Source: an uncultured bacterium
Lineage (GTDB): Bacteria; Acidobacteriota; HRBIN11; JAKEFK01
Reading direction: 5' to 3'
NCBI GenBank assembly: GCA_963777505.1
Contig: CAVZQN010000003.1
Coordinates: forward strand, 416,001 to 480,000
Length of the DNA stretch: 64,000 bases
Positions 58,975 to 64,000 of the stretch are shown here, one piece after another (positions within the stretch are counted from its first letter, which is position 1; the number at the start of each line of letters is the position of its first letter). The notes beneath the pieces were generated by a model. The model made no database searches, had not been told where the DNA came from, and saw only the letters and a list, made by a program, of their open reading frames with translations. Both the position numbers and the translations under genes were made by a program.

Positions 58975-59580
58975 ATGCTGCATTTTACATTCATGGGCGG
59001 ATCAGAAGTCAGGCTTAAAGAGCAAGACAATATTGTCATTACTGTAATGGGTGACACAGAAATTCTGATGCCCACCCTGGCTGAAAAAATCATTTTCCTG
59101 AAGCGGATCAAAAAAGAGCAAGGATCTGACCTTGAGAATGTATCGCGCAGGACAAATGTAATTACGCTCATGGGTGCAACTCTTACAAAAATGCCTACGA
59201 TCGGAAGGGAAATTGAAGAGCTATTCAATCTTCGGGAATCGGAAATGATGTCAGACGAAGAGTTGATTCAGTTGTGGCGCGAGGTATTGGAAAAAGATGA
59301 TTTCGATGTAATTGAAAACATAACGATCATGGGAGGAGCAGGTGATGAGATGCCAGGCAAAAAAGAAGAAATGGCATCTTTGAATCGCCTTGTGCTGCGC
59401 GGTATTTTATCAGGTGAAGAAGCAGAAAGTATGAAAGAAGCTATAGAAAGTAAAAATTTTTCCGGACTAAAATCACAATCATTTCAAGATAAAATCCGAA
59501 ACCTTCTTATTCCGGAGCCTTTATATACACTCTCTTCATCCCGTAATCATCCAGCTTTAAAATCTCACCAAACTGAATAA
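58975..59580 (+). CDS. Hypothetical protein with four TxMG motifs
   Basis: 201-aa ORF with AGGA SD; FTFMGG, ITVMGD, ITLMGA, ITIMGG. Confidence 0.72.
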   Translation: MLHFTFMGGSEVRLKEQDNIVITVMGDTEILMPTLAEKIIFLKRIKKEQGSDLENVSRRTNVITLMGATLTKMPTIGREIEELFNLRESEMMSDEELIQLWREVLEKDDFDVIENITIMGGAGDEMPGKKEEMASLNRLVLRGILSGEEAESMKEAIESKNFSGLKSQSFQDKIRNLLIPEPLYTLSSSRNHPALKSHQTE

Positions 59581-59635
59581 AAGTGGTTATACTTCCATCG
59601 GCCGGCAGTGACGCCCGCCGTCCCCTTTTGCGTAT

Positions 59636-60979
59636 ATGAGAATTCTAATTGTTGATGACGAAAAGAATATTCGCGCTTCTCTCAGCCGTTTCTTTGATCT
59701 AAATGGCCATCAGGTTGAAACAGCCGAAAACGGACGTGAAGCTTTTGAAAGTGTTAGAAGAAATTCATTTGATTGCATTCTTTTGGATCTGAAATTACCG
59801 GATGCTGATGGAATCGAAATTTTAAGCCGGATTCGTGAACTCGATCCTTTTGTCCCTGTCATTCTTCTCACTGCTCACGGTACTACGGCAAAAGCTGTAG
59901 AAGCGATGAAAAAAGGTGCGTTCGATTTTTTTGAAAAACCGGCGGATGAAGAAAAGCTGCTCATTGCGGTGCGGAATGCGTCAGAACTTCATCGTTACAA
60001 CCGTGAAAAATCCGAAACTGTGCGTGAGCTTGATCAGAAGTATCAGTTGATCGGCAATTCTGCTTCCATGCAATTTCTGCGCGAACAAATTGATCTTGTT
60101 GCCGGTAAAAATAGTCGTGTTTTGATCACCGGTGAAAGCGGGACCGGAAAAGAGCTGGTAGCTTATGCAATTCATCGCAAGAGTGCGCGGCAGGATCACC
60201 CGTTTATTAAAGTGAATTGCGCAGCAATTCCGCAAGAACTATTTGAAAGTGAGTTGTTCGGTCACGAAAAAGGATCATTTACAGGTGCTGTACAACAAAG
60301 AATTGGCAGGTTTGAACAAGCCGATGGCGGGACGCTTTTTCTGGATGAAATAGGTGAAATTCCAGTTGCACTTCAGTCAAAGATTTTGCGTGCTCTTCAA
60401 GAAAATGAAATTCAAAGAATCGGAGGTCATCGTGAAATCAAGGTGGATGTGCGCGTCGTTGCAGCGACAAACCGTAATCTTGAAGAGGAAATGAAAAAAG
60501 GTAACTTTCGTGAGGATTTATTTTATCGCTTAAACGTATTTCCGATTGAAGTTCCACCACTCAAGCAGCATCGTGAAGATATTCCAACACTGATTGCTGG
60601 TTTCTTAATCAGGGTGGCTGCAGAAAATAACATGCACCCCAAGAAGCTGAACTCAGAAGCGATGGAATTGCTGACTTCATACGACTATCCCGGAAATATC
60701 CGGGAATTGCGAAATCTGGTAGAGCGTTTGTTGATTCTCTGCCGCGATGAAACTATTTCGGCAGCAGATGTCAGAAGAGTTTTGCCGGTTAAAGCGCAAT
60801 CCGGAGATTCGGCTCACGAACCACTACTTTATTCGAAGCTTGAAGATACTGAGAAAGATTTGATCATGCGAACCTTGGAAGAGAACCACTGGCACATTAG
60901 CCGTGTGGCGCGAATTTTAGGATTGGAACGAAGCCATCTTTACAAAAAGATGAAAAAGTACGGAATTTCGCGGCCTTAA
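59636..60979 (+). CDS. Sigma-54-dependent response regulator (NtrC/NtrX family)
   Basis: Receiver VDDE...LLDL...KP; GESGTGKE, ESELFGHEKGSFTGA, LFLDEI, FREDLFYRL, PGNIREL; Fis-type HTH. Confidence 0.96.
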   Translation: MRILIVDDEKNIRASLSRFFDLNGHQVETAENGREAFESVRRNSFDCILLDLKLPDADGIEILSRIRELDPFVPVILLTAHGTTAKAVEAMKKGAFDFFEKPADEEKLLIAVRNASELHRYNREKSETVRELDQKYQLIGNSASMQFLREQIDLVAGKNSRVLITGESGTGKELVAYAIHRKSARQDHPFIKVNCAAIPQELFESELFGHEKGSFTGAVQQRIGRFEQADGGTLFLDEIGEIPVALQSKILRALQENEIQRIGGHREIKVDVRVVAATNRNLEEEMKKGNFREDLFYRLNVFPIEVPPLKQHREDIPTLIAGFLIRVAAENNMHPKKLNSEAMELLTSYDYPGNIRELRNLVERLLILCRDETISAADVRRVLPVKAQSGDSAHEPLLYSKLEDTEKDLIMRTLEENHWHISRVARILGLERSHLYKKMKKYGISRP

Positions 60980-62649
60980 CTGGTTGGCTCAGCGGTTAAA
61001 GGTGGACGCATCAAGTTCGTCCGAATTGCTTCAAGAATCAACATCAAAGCAAGCAGTATCAACACGATGCTCACAAGACCATTCAACATGGTTGCATTCA
61101 ATTCAATCTTTTGTGCGAATGCCCACGTGGCTTGAATGACGAGCGCCCACAATGTGATTGCCATCACAAACAGCATTGGAATGAAAGTAAACATAAAGGG
61201 GCGTTTTGTTTGTTTGAGCCAGATTGTCACTGCAAGCAAACTTAGTGCAGCTAGAAGCTGATTGCTTGTTCCGAATAGTGTCCAGAACAAACGGTATGTG
61301 CCGCTTCCTGCCACAAGTAAAAGTACTGTTGGGGGAATGACTGTCAGCAGTGTTGCCACAATTGCGCCTTTTCGGTGATGTAAATTAAAAAGTTCCTGAA
61401 GAATGTAGCGGCCTAGACGTGTTGCAACATCAAGTGTGTCAAAGATAAAAGTCGAAAAAGCCATCAAGCCGAAAGTCACCGCAAATTTCAGATTTTCTTC
61501 ACCAACAATTACGGTCATAAAACGCCCAATACCTTGTCCGTAAATCGTTCCCGGGCTCAAACCTTTTAGCGTTTCCGGAGCAGCCATCATGACGGTAGCA
61601 AGAGCGATCAATGCAACAAAGCCTTCCAAAAGCATTCCGCCATAACCAACCGGTTTGCAGTGCGATTCACAACTGATTTGTTTTGATGTTGTGCCTGAGG
61701 CTACCAATCCATGAAAGCCGGAACAGGCTCCGCATGCGATGGTTACAAATAAAAATGGGAACAACGCCCCACTGAGGCCTGGTGCGTGACTGGTAATGAA
61801 ATATTTTTGTTGTATATCAAAGTTGCCAAAAAATATTCCAATGATTCCGACGGCCAGCGCTAAATACAAAACAAAACCGCCTAAATATCCGCGCGGCTGC
61901 AACAGCACCCAAACAGGAAGCAATGATGCAATGAAGCAGTATGCAAGAATGATCAGGATCCAGGCCGTTGCGGGAAGAATCAACAACATTGAAATTTTTG
62001 TTCCAAGCCAAACAACTCCTAAAGTCGCCGGAACAAAAATAATGGAGGTAAGCCACAATGGAGGATTCAATTTGCGCTGAACGAAACCCATAATAATCGA
62101 AAGCAGCAGATACGCTGTACTGGCGGCAGCAACTGCACCGCCAGGATTAAACATTCCAGTGCTATTGGGTAATTCTTCGCTTTTTCCAACAAATGTACTT
62201 GCAGTGACATCAGTGAAAGCGCAGATGACATAAATGAGTGCAAGCCAGATGAAAATCATCATAAAAATCCAGGCTCTGGATCCAAGCCGTTGGCGAACGA
62301 TCTCTGCAATGGATCGTCCTTCATGTCGAACAGAAGCGACAAGGCTGGAGAAATCATGAACGGCGCCGATAAATACTGCGCCCAATCCAATCCATATCAA
62401 ACAGGGAAGCCAACCGAATTGCATACTGGCTGCAATTGGTCCAACGATCGGTCCGGCAGCGGCAATTGCACTGAAGTGTTGTCCGAGTAAATAGAATCGC
62501 TTCGTAGGCGAGTAATCTATACCGTCATTTAGTTTGACCGCGGGAGTGATGGTACTATCATCGAGTTTATATTTTGAGGCAACATAACGGCCATAAAGTT
62601 TGTAGCCTGCTGCAAGAAAAATTAGGAATGCAATTGCGATAAGTGCCAT
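60976..62649 (-). CDS. cstA: Carbon starvation protein A (CstA) family transporter
   Basis: HFSAIAAAGPIVGP, GAVHDF, LLQPRGY, IACGACSGFHGL, TLDVATRL, FGTSNQLLA. Confidence 0.92.
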   Translation of the reverse strand: MALIAIAFLIFLAAGYKLYGRYVASKYKLDDSTITPAVKLNDGIDYSPTKRFYLLGQHFSAIAAAGPIVGPIAASMQFGWLPCLIWIGLGAVFIGAVHDFSSLVASVRHEGRSIAEIVRQRLGSRAWIFMMIFIWLALIYVICAFTDVTASTFVGKSEELPNSTGMFNPGGAVAAASTAYLLLSIIMGFVQRKLNPPLWLTSIIFVPATLGVVWLGTKISMLLILPATAWILIILAYCFIASLLPVWVLLQPRGYLGGFVLYLALAVGIIGIFFGNFDIQQKYFITSHAPGLSGALFPFLFVTIACGACSGFHGLVASGTTSKQISCESHCKPVGYGGMLLEGFVALIALATVMMAAPETLKGLSPGTIYGQGIGRFMTVIVGEENLKFAVTFGLMAFSTFIFDTLDVATRLGRYILQELFNLHHRKGAIVATLLTVIPPTVLLLVAGSGTYRLFWTLFGTSNQLLAALSLLAVTIWLKQTKRPFMFTFIPMLFVMAITLWALVIQATWAFAQKIELNATMLNGLVSIVLILLALMLILEAIRTNLMRPPLTAEPTS

Positions 62650-62665
62650 ATTGTTAAATTTACCA

Positions 62666-62745
62666 CGTTTGTAGTTAGGCACGCAGCTGAGCGAAGCGAA
62701 GCAGTGCCGTCAGATTTACGGTACTGTGTACCCTAACTACAAACG
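62666..62745. repeat. GTAG-type REP-like inverted doublet, copy 3
   Basis: CGTTTGTAGTTAGG...CCTAACTACAAACG termini; left unit has the CTGAGCGAAGCGAAG insert, right unit has none. Confidence 0.85.
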
Positions 62746-62825
62746 GTTTATATTGAATCATGAGCTTGCGTTCTTTCATAAGTTCAACTATCGTGATCGC
62801 CGCTCTGATGATCGAGGGTTATACC

Positions 62826-64000
62826 ATGGAAAATACAAATCAAAAAACTGAACAAAAAAATCGTTTAAGTAAAGAAAAGAGTCCTTATCTACTTCAACAC
62901 GCAGACAATCCAGTTGATTGGTATCCGTGGAGTCATGAGGCTTTTGAAAAAGCGCGCCAGGAAAACAAACCTGTTTTCTTATCCATTGGATATTCCACCT
63001 GTCATTGGTGTCATGTAATGGAGCATGAATCTTTTGAAGATCGAAGGGTCGCGGATCTCATGAACGAAACTTTTGTATCAATAAAAGTTGACCGCGAGGA
63101 ACGTCCGGATATTGACAACATATATATGACAGTTTGCCAGATGATGACAGGAAGCGGTGGATGGCCTCTCACGATCGTCATGACACCTGACAAAAAGCCG
63201 TTTTTTGCTGCAACCTATATTCCGAAAGAAGCCAGATTCGGCAGAGCAGGAATGATTGAATTGATACCGCGTTTACGCGAGCTCTGGGAAAACCGTAATG
63301 ATGAAGTTCGAAAATCGGCGGATCTCATCACAAGTTCGCTGCAGGACGCTCATGTAACTCAAGAGGCCGGCGTAGAACTTTCGAAAGTTGAACTGGATCA
63401 AACACGCGAACAGCTTTATCAAAGATTCGATCCATATTATGGAGGGTTCGGAAGTGCTCCAAAATTTCCAACACCTCATCAACATCTTTTCTTATTACGT
63501 TATTGGAAGAGAACAGGGGATGGCAAAACACTTGAAATGGTTTTGAAGACTCTGGATGCCATGCGAATGGGAGGAGTTTATGACCAATTGGGTTTCGGTT
63601 TTCATCGATATTCAACAGATCGTGAATGGCTGGTTCCACATTTTGAAAAGATGCTTTACGACCAGGCTATGCTGACGTTGGCCTACACTGAAGCGTATCA
63701 AGCAACAGGGCAAACTCGTTACAAAGAAACTGTCGAAGAAATCTTAACGTATGTTTCGCGCGATATGACTTCGCCTGAAGGTGGTTTTTATTCTGCCGAA
63801 GATGCCGACAGTGAAGGAGAGGAAGGGAAGTTTTATTTCTGGGAAGAAGGTGAGATCCGAAAAATACTTGGTTCCGATGCGGAATTGATTTTGGAAGTAT
63901 TCAATGTTGTGAAAGGCGGAAATTTTGTTGACTCCGTAACCGGTGAAAAACCGGAAACAAACATCCTGCACATAAAAAAGCCGTTAACTGAAATCGCCAA
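62826..64000 (+). CDS. Thioredoxin-domain protein YyaL/SPATA20 (DUF255), runs off window
   Basis: Manual translation [35 protein letters not shown]...[11 protein letters not shown]...DREERPD...[10 protein letters not shown]. Confidence 0.93.
   Translation, partial: MENTNQKTEQKNRLSKEKSPYLLQHADNPVDWYPWSHEAFEKARQENKPVFLSIGYSTCHWCHVMEHESFEDRRVADLMNETFVSIKVDREERPDIDNIYMTVCQMMTGSGGWPLTIVMTPDKKPFFAATYIPKEARFGRAGMIELIPRLRELWENRNDEVRKSADLITSSLQDAHVTQEAGVELSKVELDQTREQLYQRFDPYYGGFGSAPKFPTPHQHLFLLRYWKRTGDGKTLEMVLKTLDAMRMGGVYDQLGFGFHRYSTDREWLVPHFEKMLYDQAMLTLAYTEAYQATGQTRYKETVEEILTYVSRDMTSPEGGFYSAEDADSEGEEGKFYFWEEGEIRKILGSDAELILEVFNVVKGGNFVDSVTGEKPETNILHIKKPLTEIA

Overview
AT-leaning (roughly low-40s % GC by eye) bacterial chromosome segment, mostly core and housekeeping genes. 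Gene content suggests an Acidobacteriota-like MAG (inference). In order: RND efflux pair; aroA-aroK; a GT2 glycosyltransferase; a NikMN-NikQ-NikO ECF transporter; the ispE-tRNA-Gln-prs-rplY-pth-rpsF-rpsR-rplI-dnaB-alr-radA-PIN/TRAM run; BON and His/Tyr-rich secreted proteins; an FHA-GAF-PP2C phosphatase; tRNA-Val(CAC); rsmI; an orphan MglA-family GTPase with a long C-terminal extension; several small enzymes; a tightly coupled Ser/Thr kinase-PEGA / TPR-NHL / TPR-PEGA-PDZ operon; prkA(yeaG)-yeaH-spoVR; FdhF/YdeP; OmpA; SGNH hydrolase; BatA-VWA; USP; a 2152-aa S8 protease with ten 88-aa Ig-like repeats under a sigma-54 promoter; an orphan sigma-54 activator; cstA; and a truncated YyaL-type gene. 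No integrase, transposase, phage or CRISPR signal was seen. Seven single-base +1 frameshifts in six genes look like assembly errors. The most notable items are a modular GTAG-REP-like doublet family with swappable hairpins sitting just upstream of start codons, the kinase-PEGA envelope operon, and the extended orphan MglA.
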